64,000 nt of DNA from Antedon mediterranea (Eukaryota > Animalia > Echinodermata): NCBI RefSeq assembly GCF_964355755.1, contig NC_092676.1, forward strand, positions 30,398,871-30,462,870, written 5' to 3'. This document shows, piece after piece, positions 24,898 to 39,800 of the stretch. The notes under the pieces were generated by a model. It searched no databases. It had not been told where the DNA came from and was given only the letters and a program-made list of their open reading frames with translations. The position numbers and the translations under genes were made by a program. Every line of letters begins with the position of its first letter. Within the stretch, counting starts at the first letter, position 1.

Positions 24898-27800
24898 ATG
24901 GCGGCCTCCGTCTGTCGGACGTGTGCTTCACAGTTTCGTTTTAAAGCCTTTAATTTTGTACAAGTAAGCAAAAGTATCCAAAGAAGGTTAAGTACACCAA
25001 TTTCGGTAAGTAGGTTTCTTCCCTCACTTATTTTAAAATAATATATAGGCCTTGGCACCTCTAGTCTAAGGCTAGGCCCTAGCCCCTTAAAACTAGCTAG
25101 CCTAAGCCTAGCTAGGTAGGAGGCTAGGTAGAGTAGGAGGAACCTCTATCCTCACTCAGAACGGACCTAGCCTAGATGAAGATACTAGGCCTAGAGCTGA
25201 GTGAGCAAAGGGTAGGTAACAAAGTGCGAGGGCATGCGAGGCAAGTCAGAAATTTATGCGAGGCATCGTTTTACCATCATCAAAAAATGCGAGGCATCAT
25301 TTTATCATTTCTCAAAATTGCAAGGCAGGAAAGGGTGTGTAGAAAGCGACGACCTCGAATTGAACGACCCGGGCGACCTCGAATTGGACGACCTAGAATT
25401 GGACGACCCATAACACGAAACCGACGACCCCTATAATAGCCTAGCCTAGCCTAGCCTAGGCCTAAGTATGGTATAACATCCCGAAGCCGAACATAACCAA
25501 AGATCTTTAAACCATACCTTATATAATACTTGCAAGCAAGCAATTGATTGAAAAAATACAGAAATATCGCCATTTGATACTGAATGTGTCGACACGAACA
25601 AACGAACAGATATGGAACGCCAAGAGTGCATCATTAAAACTGCATTCGACTCGATTAGCACACGAAATATCATAAACATGGCAAACCAGGCCCTTTTTCA
25701 GCGGCAGGTAAGGTTTGACCATGGAGGTACTCCATGGTTTGACCAGCTCCATGGTTTGGTAAAAATATTTTTATACCTCCATGGTTTGACCGTATACAAT
25801 GCATGTGTGAAATGTAAAGCTTTCTTATGGCCCTCCCCATGCAGGATTAGGCCAAGTTGAGCTGCCGACAAGTTGAGGCGCCGCCAAAAACGTTATTTTC
25901 TATGAAACGCCAAATGCTTACTTTCGCCGGTGCTCGTTTCTATTTAATAGAAGTTCTATTTATATTAATTATTAGATATAACGATGTATATTCCAAAGTT
26001 TATATATCACGGTTTTTAGTATATATTATTAAATATTATAATTAAAGAGAAATAATTATGAATATCTGACTTGTAGATTCCAAAATATAAGGCCTAAAAC
26101 ATGACCGAAAATGATCGTTTTTAGCCAAAAATGACGTAAACATGTTGCCCCCTCAGGCGGCAGTTGAAGTAAAATAATTGCATAAAATCACCGTTTTTTA
26201 GTAAAATATTTTGTGTTTTGTAAAATTCAATAAAATATGATATTAAAAGATAGTAAATAAAAAATAATAATTATTTAACCTCATTCGAAGAATATCAATA
26301 CTCTATTAGTCCTGAGAGACAACGTGATTTTACGTGGTAGGCATACACGCGAGAAAAATATTATGGAGTGCACTGCATTTTTACCTTGAATGATTAAAAA
26401 CAATTAAATTATTAAATATGACTACTTTCCTTTGCTGTTTCAAACCAACAAAATTGTAGTATGTAATTATTATTTATTTTCATGACACAATAAACCTAAA
26501 GACCATGAACTTATGTAGGGCCTACAAATCACTACGCGAAATGTCGTAAAAGACGCACTGGCCGTTTCATAGAAATTACCGGCGGCTCAATTTGTCGGCG
26601 GCCCAACCGGTCATATCCTCCCATGCACATGTTACGCTGCTTGGTAGGCCTATAGTGTTCGTTATAAGAAGACGAGATGTAATTATACGTCCATGGTTTA
26701 ACCATGTATTGTATAATATTTATTTCTTTTTAATTTATTTTTAATATGTCGAATGCAGTTTTAATTATGCACTCTTGGCGTTCCATATATTTTCGTTTGT
26801 TCGTGTCGACACAATCAGTATCAAATGGCGATATTTCTGTATTTTTTCAATCAATTGCTTGCTTGCGAGTATTATATAATAAGGTATAGTTTAAAGATCT
26901 TTGGCTATGTTCGGCTTCGGGATGTTATACCACACTTAGGCCTAGGCTAGGCTAGGCTATAGGGGTCGTCGGTTTCGTGTTATGGGTCGTTCAATTCGAG
27001 GTCGTTCAATTCGAGGTCGCCCGGGTCGTTGGGGTCGTCCAATTCGAGGTCGTCGCTTTCTACACACCCAGGCAGGAAATCACCGAAATTGAAGTAGCCT
27101 AGGCCTAGGCCCGCTAGGCTAGTTTCCTTTTCGCTGTGGCTAAAGATACGGTACCGTATTCTAACTTCTGTTTACTAAAGATACGGTAAAATTGCATTAC
27201 GTCATAACCAGCCAATGGGGTGCTGGTACGTGTGTGACGTCATCGTATAAGGACTTTGTGGATTTCATATCGCGAAAACCATGGAGGTATGGCGAAAACA
27301 GTGATCAACCGCATTTTCTTTATGCTTTATTTATCGCTATTATCGCCGTCGTGTGTGACAAAAACTAAATGTAGCCTACGTCTGTTATTATTATTGAAAA
27401 GCCATGTTGATTTTAATTCTAGAATAGAGAAAACCGTTTTAAAAGAGGCCTAGGCCTACTTACTACGTACTATGTATAACCTCATTATATGAGTTTGTTT
27501 GTGAAGGGAAAGCGATTCCAGGCTGTGGCCAGCTGCATATGTGTGCGCTGATTTCTGTGACTCGTCAGCCCTGGGGCTACACTGCTGTCTAAATCATAGT
27601 ATTTAAGGGCTCCTTTATTGTCCGCATTTGCTTGTTGTTTATGGTCACCATCGTAAACAAAGTTTTAAAAAAATATAGGCCTAAATAGGCCATTTGGAAT
27701 AAAAATAAAACCCTCATCTGCAGCGCAGCACACACATCCACGCAGCCTGGCGCCGCCGATAGGAATTCTCTACATATATAAATACAACCAACAACAGACG

Positions 27801-30800
27801 CGATATGAAAAAAAAATCCCAAGTCCTTATACGATGACGTCACACACGTACCAGCACCCCATTGGCTGATTATGACGTAATGCAATTTTACCGTACCTTT
27901 AGTAAACAGAAGTTAGAATACGGTACCGTATCTTTAGCCACGGCGTTTCCTTTTGCACCTGCCTTGTATTTTAACCAACTTTATCCTGAATACCACAGCT
28001 TAGAATTAGTAGGCCTACTTTAATGAAGAAAAATCACATAAAAGTAACAATAAACGCCGTGGTTAGGATTCCGGCACCGGAACTCAACTGCCCAGCGTTA
28101 GGGATTCCGACACGCTATTGCGCATGCCCAGAGCAAGGTAATCGGCAACTCTATACTTATCAACAGCGATGGATTATTTCATAGCTGCGCCACACGGCGA
28201 ACTAGCCTAGATGCCTTCTAATATGGGATCCACTATTCTAGGCTAGGGCTACCAGTTAGACTACGTAACCAGTGGGCCTATAGTATTTATTTTGTAATTA
28301 AAAAGTGGTTGCTTCATTCATATATAAAATTCATATCATTATGAATTATATAATTACATGACTAGTTTTATTATTTTTCATAACGCATTATACTGTACAT
28401 ATACAACATGCAATCACAAGTTGATTTGTTGACGGCAGCCACCGCGTGGATGTGAAAAAACTGTTCGGGAAGTCAGGATCGCAACGCTAAAAACAGCATT
28501 ACGATTCTTAGATAGATACTGATACTTATTAATATCATTATAATTATTTTAACGCGTGGCGTAGTCATATTTTGATTATTAATTCATGTATGGCATAGGC
28601 CAAGTTTCATCCATCGCTCTCTCGGTCGCGCAACGACTATCTAGGCTACAGTAAATCCCTATAACACTCCGACTCTCCGTGGTGTGGCACTATTATTAGT
28701 GCAAGCTATAATTCACTTCCCAGAGCTCTGGGCATGCGCAATAGCGTGTCGGATTCCCTAACGGTGGGCAGTTGAGTTCCGGTGCCGGAATCCTAACCAC
28801 AGCGAACAATAAATCCATTAAATTGGTGATTTTACAGACGTTGTTTTTCTCGCATTTCGCACACTCAATGTTCAATATTTTGGTTTCTATGGAACGCCAA
28901 AAGAGCAAAATTAATTAGAGGGCTAAAAACTCTGTGGAATCCATTTATATTAAACGCATTATTTGGTGAAAATCAAGTACAATTTCAATAGATTTTGTCA
29001 CTGTCAGTAAGGAAAAATGTTACTGTTGATAATGTACACGGTTTCGTTAACCTTTTAAAGAATAAAATAGAAAAATTCATCATAATATCCTTAGTATAGT
29101 AGGATGTCCTAGGTCTAGACTAGGTAGTGATGTTGATTTAGGATCGATTATTATTCTTTGAAAACAGAACAGTATCAGCAGTAACATATTACAGCATTTT
29201 TATTGACAAATTAACAAATACGGTATATTGAAATAAAACGTGTTTTTCACCAATAAATGCATGAGAAATTGACGCATTCCACTGAGTTTTAGTCCTCTAT
29301 TATCGTTGCTCTTTTGGCGCTCCATAGAAACAAAAATATTGAACATTGAATAAGTGAAATTCGCGAACAGTGTGCGAGAAACACGCCTGTAAAATCATTA
29401 ATTTAAGGATTTATTTGTTACTTTTTATGTGATTCTTTCATTAAAGTACTCATGAGGTATACTTCTAAGGTGTGGTATTCACACGATAAAGTTAGTTATC
29501 AAATTTGGAGTAAAAATACAAGCGAAGGAAACTAGCGCCAGGTTTATTAGTACGTACATGGACAACAATAAATAAAAATCGTTCGTAATATACCTAGCTT
29601 ACTAAAACAGGAATAGTGTATCATTATTAAATATTACACCAATTATTATTTTATCAAAATTGATTAAATTATTTTCTACATAGGCCTCTTATCTAGGTTA
29701 GGGATAAGCATATTAGCTAAAGTTTAATTTTAGGCCTAGTATTACAATTGTCGGACATAAATCTTTTTTCACACGCGCTCCAGAATTCTGTCGCAATTTT
29801 TTTCTTTGCGGCATGTTATTGGATCGCCATATCAGTTACCTTTTATTCATCGCCAGTTATTGAACTTGTCCTGGCAATCGCTGTTCACCTTATTTGTGAG
29901 AGAGGTACACGTGTTGTTCCTAGAGAATGGAATGTCAAAAATGTCTTTCAATTCAATTCAATTCAATAATACATTTATTTAAGATGGTCACAATATATAA
30001 CAAACAATATTACAATAAACAATCATAAACAATTAATATAAGACCATCTTAGGGATCAAAATTAGAAGTAGAACTTGTCTCACATTGACCCCTAAAATAA
30101 TAATAATAATTCAAACAAAAATAAGAACGGTACCGTATAAATATACAAATACAACGCATACAATTAAATAAATTATACAGTGCGCAACATATTTAGTAGG
30201 TTTGGTAACAAGATAAATAAAGGATTTTTATATGCTTTCTAAATGAATTTACAGTATATAAATGATTGATGGCAGTTGAATCTAGATTATTCCAATACGT
30301 TGGTCCTAAATAAGTAATAAAAAACTGGCTTTTTCTAAGTTTAACAAATGGAACATACAATTTATGTGGATTTCTTATGTTATAGGTATGATCTAATAAA
30401 CGATTTGAAAATAACATTGAAACAGACTTTGGTAGTAAACCAGTTACATATTCAAACATAAAAGAAGTAACTTGAAGTTTATGAAGGTCATATATTTTTA
30501 AAATTTTAAGTTTTTTAAACAAAGGTTCTGATGCAGATGTAGATTGTTCAAAGTTTAATAATCGAACAACACGTTTTTGTAAAATGAAAATTCTATGTAA
30601 ATTTGATGGATAATCAGCTGCCCATATAATATTGCAATAGAGTAAATGTGGTAATATAAGCGAATTATACAAAGAAAGTAAAATGTGTTGAGGAAAAAAA
30701 TATTTTATCTGGTTTATAACACCAATGCATTTAGACATTTTGATTGAAATATTTTTCTGATGACCGGTCCAATTTAAGTTTTCATTAATTAAAATTCCAA

Positions 30801-33800
30801 GAAATAAAGTTTCGCTTTTTCGGTCCAGATTTTTACCATTTAGAACAACCTGAATGTTTTTGTTACTTAATTTATGCCTGTTTCGATGGGAGTGAAATAT
30901 AATGAAATTTGTTTTTGAAGTATTAATCAATAATTTATTAGAAGAGAACCAATTTTCAATCTTATTTAATTCTAAATTAAAGGTATTTACTAATAAATCA
31001 ATATTTTTGTTTGAATAAAATAAAGTTGTATCATCGGCAAAGGAAACAATATTCAGTGTATCACTAACAAAGGTTATGTCATTTACGTAAATAAGAAATA
31101 ATAAGGGTCCAAGGACCGACCCCTGTGGTACACCACATGGAACGTTCTTTGCCGATGATTTACAGTTACCAATCTGTACATATTGTTTACGATTACTAAG
31201 ATAACTAATAAACCATTTTAACGAAACACCTCTAATGCCATAACGTAACAGTTTTGAAAGTAAAATATCATGATTAACAACATCAAAAGCTTTGGATAGA
31301 TCAAGAAAAGTGCTTAACAAAAATTCTTTATTTTCAAATGCATTATTAATTGAATGTATAAGTTCAAGCATAGCGTGACAGGTAGAGTGTTTTTTACGAA
31401 AACCATATTGATGATTATTTAGGATGTTATGTTTAGTTAAATATGTATAAAGACGAGTATGCATTAATTTTTCTATTATTTTTGAGAGAATGGGGAGAAC
31501 GGAAATCGGTCTATAATTGTTAAGTAAGTTTGCATTTCCCTTTTTAAAAACTGGGACCACTTTAGCTAATTTTATATGATCAGGTACGATTCCTGTAGTA
31601 AAAGATAAATTGATAACATAAGTAAGAGGAATTAAAATAAAAGGAGTAACTTTTTTAAGAACAGAAGGTGTAAGGGAGTCGTGTCCTGATCCTTTATTAG
31701 AGTCTAGACTGTTGATCATGTTCAACACTTCATTTTCAGTGACTGGGTTAATAAAAAATGAATTAATGGGTGGGGGTGGTAAATTCGACATTGGATCAAT
31801 ATATTATCTGGGATGGAGTTGAGCGTTTTTAAACCGATTTCTGAAAAATAGTTGTTAAAGTGATCACATATAGAGTTAGTATCATAAATAAATTCATCCC
31901 CAATTTTCAAGACTGAGGGATTTTTATTAATTTTTCTAGCTGGATTTAAAACAGAATTGATCACACCCCAAACTTTCTTAATATTTGTTTTGACTTGATT
32001 GAATTTTCTTTCATAATATTGTTTTTTAGCAGTACGACAAAGAGCAATAAACAAATTATTATAACTTGTGTATGTTGTTTTGTCGTTTGGGCTCTGAGAT
32101 TTAATATATTTTTTATAAAGGTAGTGTTTTCATTGACTGCTTTTAAGAAGAGTAGGGGTCATCCAAGGCTGTTTGCATTTTTTATATTTATTTATTTTAA
32201 TTTCTTTAGTGACCAAGTGTCGTTGATAAATACTAAAAAATATATCATTAAATGTATCAATAGCAGATTTATAATCAGCATTATAAACACTTGACCAATC
32301 AGCCTGCGATAGATCAAAATTTAGTGAATTTATGTCTGCAACATAATGTGAGTAATCAATTGAGGTGTTTTTAAAACATAAATCATAGTCAGCACGCCGC
32401 TCAGAGAGAAGTCTGTGCATTGCTGCTGAAACCACGTGCTATAGGAGGGGAATGCACCACAATCCTCTGAGCTGAGGGCTGAATCATTCCGCTACCTGCT
32501 AAATAGTAAAGAGGGATTTTCCATCTCTCGGGTCTACCGGATCTAGGCGCAGGGGTGTGACAAAATATTATTTTCACTCTGCTGTGTTTGAGAGACATGT
32601 GAGTGAACACGCTCGAAATGCCAACAAACATTGCAGTCATTTGATGAGTGTGTCGCTATAACAATTAGTTGAAGACTGTCGTTTGGTTTGGGCACTTTTG
32701 TAAAAGTAAAATTTGACACGATATGACTTGAATGAAAAAACAATCGTTACATAAAAATAAACAACATGATGAGTGTATACACGAATCTATTTAGATACGC
32801 TTGTATCGATTGATTATTAGGCCTATAATATAGCATAATAGCACGTTAAGATATGCCTCGCACCTTTTTGAAATTGTAAACTATATGCCCCGCATGCCTC
32901 GCACTTTTGGAAATGATAAAATGATGCCTCGCACAAATATTTGGCATGCCTCGCTTTCCTCGCTGCCTCGCACTTTGTCAACACTCGTGAGCAAATAATA
33001 GCGGGCTTGCTAGAAATAGAAGTATAGTAAAAACAAATCGTGATTTTTTTTTTTTTTTTGTAATCTGAGGTTTTGGGTTTTTTCTGTCAATGAATGTTAA
33101 ACTTGAAATATCATTATCATTATCAAGAGGTTTAATAATTAATATGGAATCATGTCCAAACGGGTGCAGGTCAACTCGGCCCTAAACGTCTCGGCCAAAG
33201 TCAAGTCGGCCTCAAGTCAACTAATCGGCCTCACGTCAACTCGGCCTCACGTCAACTCGGCCTCGCGTCAACTCGGCCTCACGTCAACTCGGCCTCACGT
33301 CAACTCGGCCTCACGTCAACTCGGCCTCACGTCAACGCGGCCTCAAGTCAACGCGGCCTCAAGTCAACTACTCGGCCTCACGTCAACGCGGCCTCAAGTC
33401 AACGCGGCCTCAAGTCAACTCGGTCTCAAGTCAACTCGGCCAAAAACTAATCTGTCAACTCGGCCTCTAAAAAGTATGGAACACAAAAAGTGCTAATATT
33501 ATAGTAATTCATTTATTACAATGGCAGGATATAGTACGGTATGCCGGTGCTACTGCAGTTTCGCACCACACCATTATATCTTTGATTTCTCACCAAAACT
33601 TTCCTTTTTCACACTCACAACATAATATTATGCAACATGTTTATACGATTCGACCACTTACGAAGTAATTTTTTTTAAATAACAATACTTTTCAAAACAT
33701 TTTAAACCATACTGAACTCGCTGTCAACACACTGCGAAATGTTCGCCATCTTATTATATTTATCACTTAATTGCCAGAATGTATGCTTCATTTTCCCCCA

Positions 33801-36800
33801 AAAATGTAGAAACTATAGAAGGCAGTGTTATAAAATCCGATTACACATATATAGGCCTATTTAGTTTTGAAAGGCAAGAAATATAAAGGGTCATAAGGTC
33901 ATGCAGTGCACATCCATTTCTTATTGTCTTGGTCTGTAATTTTCTGTTAATTTACAAATTATTGGTACTATTTTGTACTATTTTGTTAGGTAGGTTATTC
34001 TGATTATACTTGCTTGCAAGTTTGTAGTTTTTATGGTGTTGACACTTTGTATTTATTGTGAATATTTCTAGGCCTCTGTATCTCCTTGTCAAGTGCTGTC
34101 ATTGTCCAGAAAACGAGATCCCGTTGTTCCATCTTACAATCTAAATGGACATGAACTCATGAACGTTAATGACATTACGTTACTTGGTGTGGTAATATCC
34201 CATAATTTGTCATGGGCACATCAGGTAGATAATGTAACTTTGAAATGCAATAGGATGTTAGGTTTTATACTGTCAATTGCCACAGGTTGTTCTACACCTG
34301 TTTTACTTAAACTTTATAAATGTCTTGTTCTTCCCCATATTCAATATTGCTCCCCTGTTTGGTATCCTTATCGTCAATGTCATATTAATAAGATAGAGAA
34401 AATTCAAAGAAGGGCAAGTCGATTTATCCTTCATCAACGAATCTTAGATCAGCCATATTCTGACCAATTAACTAGATTGAATTTGATGACAGCCGAATCA
34501 AATCGAGATTATTTTACCGTTATTTTTGTTACAAATATATTATACTAGCAATTATACCCGCCCCAGGGCGGGTGTCAAAATTAGTTTACAGTCTTCTCAG
34601 TACATAACACCCGACGCCAGTATCTGTCTATACTCACCAACCTCCACCCTTCTTCAATAATACCCCAGACTGTTTCTTAAAAACAAATTCTTCCCAGTGA
34701 TGGACAAATTCAATTCAAACCTAAGCTTCGAATTGAGAGGAGTATGCATAGCTACGATGGGTCTAATAATGGTTGAAGTACGTTGTAAATTGTGTAAATG
34801 AATAGGTGTCATATTGGCTGATAATTAAAATATGTAATTTAGATACTGCGGTCCCCAGCCTTCTTTCTCCTTTCACCACCCCAGCCACCATCAACAAACC
34901 TTAACTCCTCCCCTGGACAGTTCAAATTTAGTAACTTTTCCTAGTACAATACAATCATATAGGCTACTTCATTACGCTAGTATTTTCGCTCCTCCTCCCC
35001 CTACAAACACACCCCAGATACACTGGGTGATGTGTTGAAGCCGGTTCCAGTACAAATTATGTTATCACTCCCAACCCATAATCCCTCAGTGGCAGTTTCC
35101 AAATGTAGTTTAAAACATTCCAAATACAGTTTCGGTCATGGTGATAGGCCTACATCCCCACCCCAAACTCCCATCCGCTTCCCAGGGATGATTAAATACA
35201 TTTTCCAACCACAATTCTGGTGTAAGCAAAATTTCCACTATCCCCTGAACACAAACTCCCAAACCCACTCTCCCACAATTGACGTTTTTTCCTTGGAGGA
35301 TTGGTGATGTAGTTGAACACAGTAACAGTAAACAACATGTGTATGTTCACACAGGTATGGATGTCTGTAATGAGACAATCCAAGAGACCGATACATAGCT
35401 GGATATGGTTAAAGTACTTTGCTAAATGTGTAAATGAATAGGTGTCATATTGGTTAATGAATAAAATATCTATATCTATATTTCCCCAAACGCCTTGCTG
35501 AGGATAATTAAAATACTGTAAAACTTTTGTAGTATATATTTTACGATTCGATAGCCTACAACCCCAAGCCCTAGCAAAAATGTGACATCACAAACCACCA
35601 CACCACCCACCCCTCCCACAAAAACCCCAGGAGTCGGGGGAATTTTTTTAAATGTAGTTTAAAACCTTCCGGGTACAATTGCCATCATTTTGATACCCCA
35701 TACGTATGGTTACGTGCAGCCACAGAAATTTTTATAACGAACAAACATCGAAAGTGGGGGTTTTGACCACATTTTGGTCCCTAACTTGGATCCTAGGTGG
35801 CGGATGATGTTGAAATATAGCTTAGAACATTCCCGGTACAATTGCGGTCATTTTGATACCCCATATGCAAGATTATGTGCAGTATTTTGTATAACGAACA
35901 AACAGACAAACAAACAAACAAACAGACAAACTCTCTCACTTATAATATAGATAAATTACAGAATAGTTTTATTTTAAATATGTTGATTATCAATTGTAGG
36001 CATTTGGATGTTCTGACTTTTAAACATCTTGCATCCAAAACTGATAGTGGAAAGTATTGTATCCCAACCAGATTTATTCGTCTGTGGAATGCACTACCGG
36101 TCAATATTACAGACGCCTTTGTTTGCGGAAGTTGGGTACAATTTAAAAACATGTTAATGGACCACTTTAAAAACACTATGCCTCTTTAATGTATATAATC
36201 ATAGTATTTATATTACTTATTTACATTGTTTTATGTTTTATTGTATGCTTTGAGTGTTGGTGTGGCACGCCTTATGGCGACAGTGGTCCTTCGACCTCTT
36301 TTGCCACTCCTTGGCACACTCAAAGTCTATGTATTGTTTTAATTGCTAAAAAAATTAATAAAATAAAATAAATAAAAATAAATGTTTTCAGCTGGCGAGA
36401 TAGAGGTTAAATTAATATTTCATTATTAGTATTATTCATATTAAAAGGTCCTATCAATGTTTTATGTACGGACTCATATCGTCGCCGTTTTGATATGTAC
36501 AGCTGGTTCGTTATAAAAACCACTCTTTGCAGTTTAAAAATAAAAACAGAAAATAAAACATACATTGATTTCTGCTCTGGCAATTTTCTGATTCTAAAAT
36601 GGCCACAGTTCGATCAAAGTATTCGCGGAAAAGGAACTGTTTTGAAAGGCATTTTTTATTGTGATAAAGGTAATATAACTAACGGTGGCTAAATCATGGG
36701 AACATGTTACAGAATGGCCCAAAGCTGTATGATGTGGGTGTGAGAAAAAAATTAAGCGAGAAGTCGAAGATATAACAGTGTGGTGCGAAACTGCAGTAGC

Positions 36801-39800
36801 GCCCGGTATGCCTACATAATAGACGAAATAAAACCGAAATTTCAATGTAAATTGTTTAAATGTTTGTTAGATCTATTTTTTTATACAAGAATGTTCCCAG
36901 AAAGAATCGAAATATTCTTAGAAGGCCTATTATATTATATAGATATTATTAGATTAATGCAGTAAAATAAAAATGTTTTTTTTTGTGTATATATTCTCTC
37001 TCAAATTATTAGCAATATGTTACGGTCAAAGTGAATAACTATAATATGTGACATTAAAATGGTATATTACAGTAACAAAATCTTTCAAACATTTATTTTT
37101 TCGGGGGTACAATGACGATGTCAATCAAACTACACCGAAGAGGTTATGGAAACAAATTCGGAATGTTCTGTCATGTTAAAGTTCTATTGCAATTGTGCGC
37201 TATTCAAATTGTTTTATTTACCTCCGCCAAGGAGGTATATGTAATCGGTAGCGTGTGTTTGTTTGTTTGTTTGTTTGTTTGTTAGCAGGATTACTCAAAA
37301 AGTAATTACAAGATCTTTACCAAAATGAATATACAGATAGATATGTGGTCAAGGACCATTCCATTAAATTTTGGGACCATTGTTCCAATTCTGGACCACT
37401 TTTTAGTATACTTTTCGGACCTGCTAGTGTTAAAAGATAGGACAGCCGGCAGTCTTAAAGTAAACAAGTATACTGAAATTGCATTTTCTCGAGAACTAGT
37501 TGTCCAGAAAACTTCATTTTTGTACAAGAGGCAAGAGTTATAATTTGTGATTTGTAATTTTAAAACATAATTTGATTTAATGTGCACGTTTTTTTATGCC
37601 AGTAGTTTAAAAAACCTATTTTCTTTTCAAATTCACTCGTTTGATTTTCGCTTGCTGTTCTATTGTTAGTCAACTGAAACTATTGTTAATTGAAAGGCTT
37701 GTTACATAACCATTACACCAAACTCGCATACACATGCTTGTAGTGAAATTAGCCTAAATCACAAACAGCATTAAGACACAAACAAATATATATATATTTT
37801 TTTTTTTTTACCGGAGAAATCTTATGTAGGAGAATTTTACAGTAGGCGGAGGTATGCACTCTCGGAGTGGCTTTCTAGTTACTTTTGTAATTTGATTATA
37901 ATGGAGTCTCCAATGAATACATTTTATGTATGGAAAATTAATCTAAAAAACACTGTAGAAATCGTCATGGAAAAAATGGCGTATTTTTATTTTGTCAAGC
38001 AAAAACTAAAAAATCTTGTTCGAGTCCTAAACAACGGAATTCCTAAACAACATACTATTGCCTTAGCATTCTCATCCGTTTTTTTAACACCCATGCGCCC
38101 TGTATTGTTCAATAAAATTGATCACCTAAAGGGGCATCCCCACAGTCCTGTTCCGTTTTGCGGAACGGAAGACGGCGCCGTTTTTTTTCAATGTGACGTG
38201 CGCCGCTTGCCGTTCCGTTGTAAACATTCACACCTGTTCCGTTTTGTGACGTATTCCGTGACAACGGGCAAACGTTAAAATGGCAGCCGTATTCTTTCCG
38301 CTATAATTTTAGCCAAAAGAAGGAAAAGAAAATGGGTAAACGAGGTCTGTTCCGAAAGAAAGAAGTTTGGTCAATTTGAAACATTGGTAAAACGTAACTG
38401 GCGACCAATGAAGACGAATTCTTCAATTATTTTAGAATGACGCTTCACCAATACGGTCATCTTGTCAGTTTGATGATATTACAAAACGGGGCACAAGATT
38501 CCCGATGATAGTAACAACACACACCATGACAAATTTCATGAATCCATAATTTAATACATTAAAATCACAATCACATCCCCTCGTGATCAGATGTCTCTCC
38601 AATTCTCGCCGCACTTTTTAAACTTCATGACCCTTGACATAATAAACTAAAGTTATAAGCGATCTGTCAATTCTGTTTTTCACCGGCCGTTCATTTTTCA
38701 CGGAACAGATTTGGTGTAAACCCTGCTATTGTTTTAACGCTTTTCGATTTTCTAACAAAACGGTGCCGTTCTCCATTCCCTGAAACGGAACAGGTGTGAA
38801 TGCCCCTTTAGTCATGAGAATATACAGTTATTTAGCCAAATAACAGTTATATACAAACGTCAGTATTATGTTTGAAAGAACAGTACCTTAAAATTAAGAG
38901 AAATAACAACATGGACTGTCATAGAAGCAAATTTCTCTCTTCCCATGGTGTACCGTATTAATTATGAAGTAGAAACGAAATGAAAATAAAAATGTCATAC
39001 AAAAAAAACCTGTAAGGCGCGCCTATTTGAAAATAATGCACATTCATGTTTGGTGTGTGTGCATGTAACCTATACCCATAATGCTTATACAATTTGTATT
39101 CTTGCCTTTTGATTTGTTATGATTTTAATGTCATTTTATTCTTTTTATATTGATGTATATATACAGTTGTAGACCGAAGTATATTGTTTAAATATTATTC
39201 CTTAAAATAAGATACGATAAGATAAGATAACTTTTATTGATCCTCAAAAAGGAAATTCATTGCTCGTCATAATAACAAAGAAAACACTATAAAAACAAAT
39301 ATAGCATAAAACCATTCATATAAAAACATCTAAAAAATTACAATATAAAATTATCTTCTTGACTTCCTGTTGTACTGGATGATACCGGAGGGAATAAAGG
39401 ATTTAGCAAAACGATTTGTTTTCACACTGAGGAGCCTCAATCTACCACTTGGATTAAGTTGGTCTATGATCACTTTGTGGAGAGGATGAGAGGCATCTGA
39501 CTCAATGCGTTCGAAATCTTTCTGGAGGTGTTCTAGGTGCACATCGGTAAAGGAAGGCAGTTCCAGACCAATCATTTTACCAGCCCGACGGATGAAAGTT
39601 TCAAGGCGTCCTTTATTCCCTCCGGTAACATTACCAGCCCAACAGGAGAGGCAATACGTCCAAACACTACATATAACGGATCTATAGAACGAAAGTAACA
39701 TCAAATCACAGGAGTTAAATTTATATAATGTCTTCTTCGACAGTTATTTCTGTATACAAAATGTGAAGAAATATTTATTTATTTATTTCAAACAATATAA

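Larger units (their letters stand above)
27118..29536. mobile_element. Older long inverted-repeat (foldback) segment whose left arm received two CGC-type insertions
   Basis: TTCTATGGAACGCCAAAAGAGCAA / TTGCTCTTTTGGCGCTCCATAGAA and further arm matches out to GCTAGTTTCCTT / AAGGAAACTAGC. Confidence 0.65.
25209..32986. mobile_element. hAT-like element (8-bp TSD, TGCGAGGCA subterminal repeats) holding nested insertions
   Basis: GTGAGCAA at 25201-25208 and 32987-32994; ACAAAGTGCGAGG / CCTCGCACTTTGT near the ends; inverted ATGCGAGGCA arrays. Confidence 0.8.
33546..36803. mobile_element. MULE-like element with 9-bp TSD CGGTATGCC
   Basis: TIRs GGTGCTACTGCAGTTTCGCACCACAC / GTGTGGTGCGAAACTGCAGTAGCGCC. 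Confidence 0.9.

Noticed and set aside
24988-24993. AAG|GTTAAG as the WARS2 exon 1 donor
   Set aside because: Its phase 2 is incompatible with exon 2, whereas TCG|GTAAGT at 25006 gives phase 0 and a better consensus.
32401-32743. hAT transposase dimerisation-domain remnant
   Set aside because: The similarity is vague and split across frames, so it cannot be supported without an HMM search.
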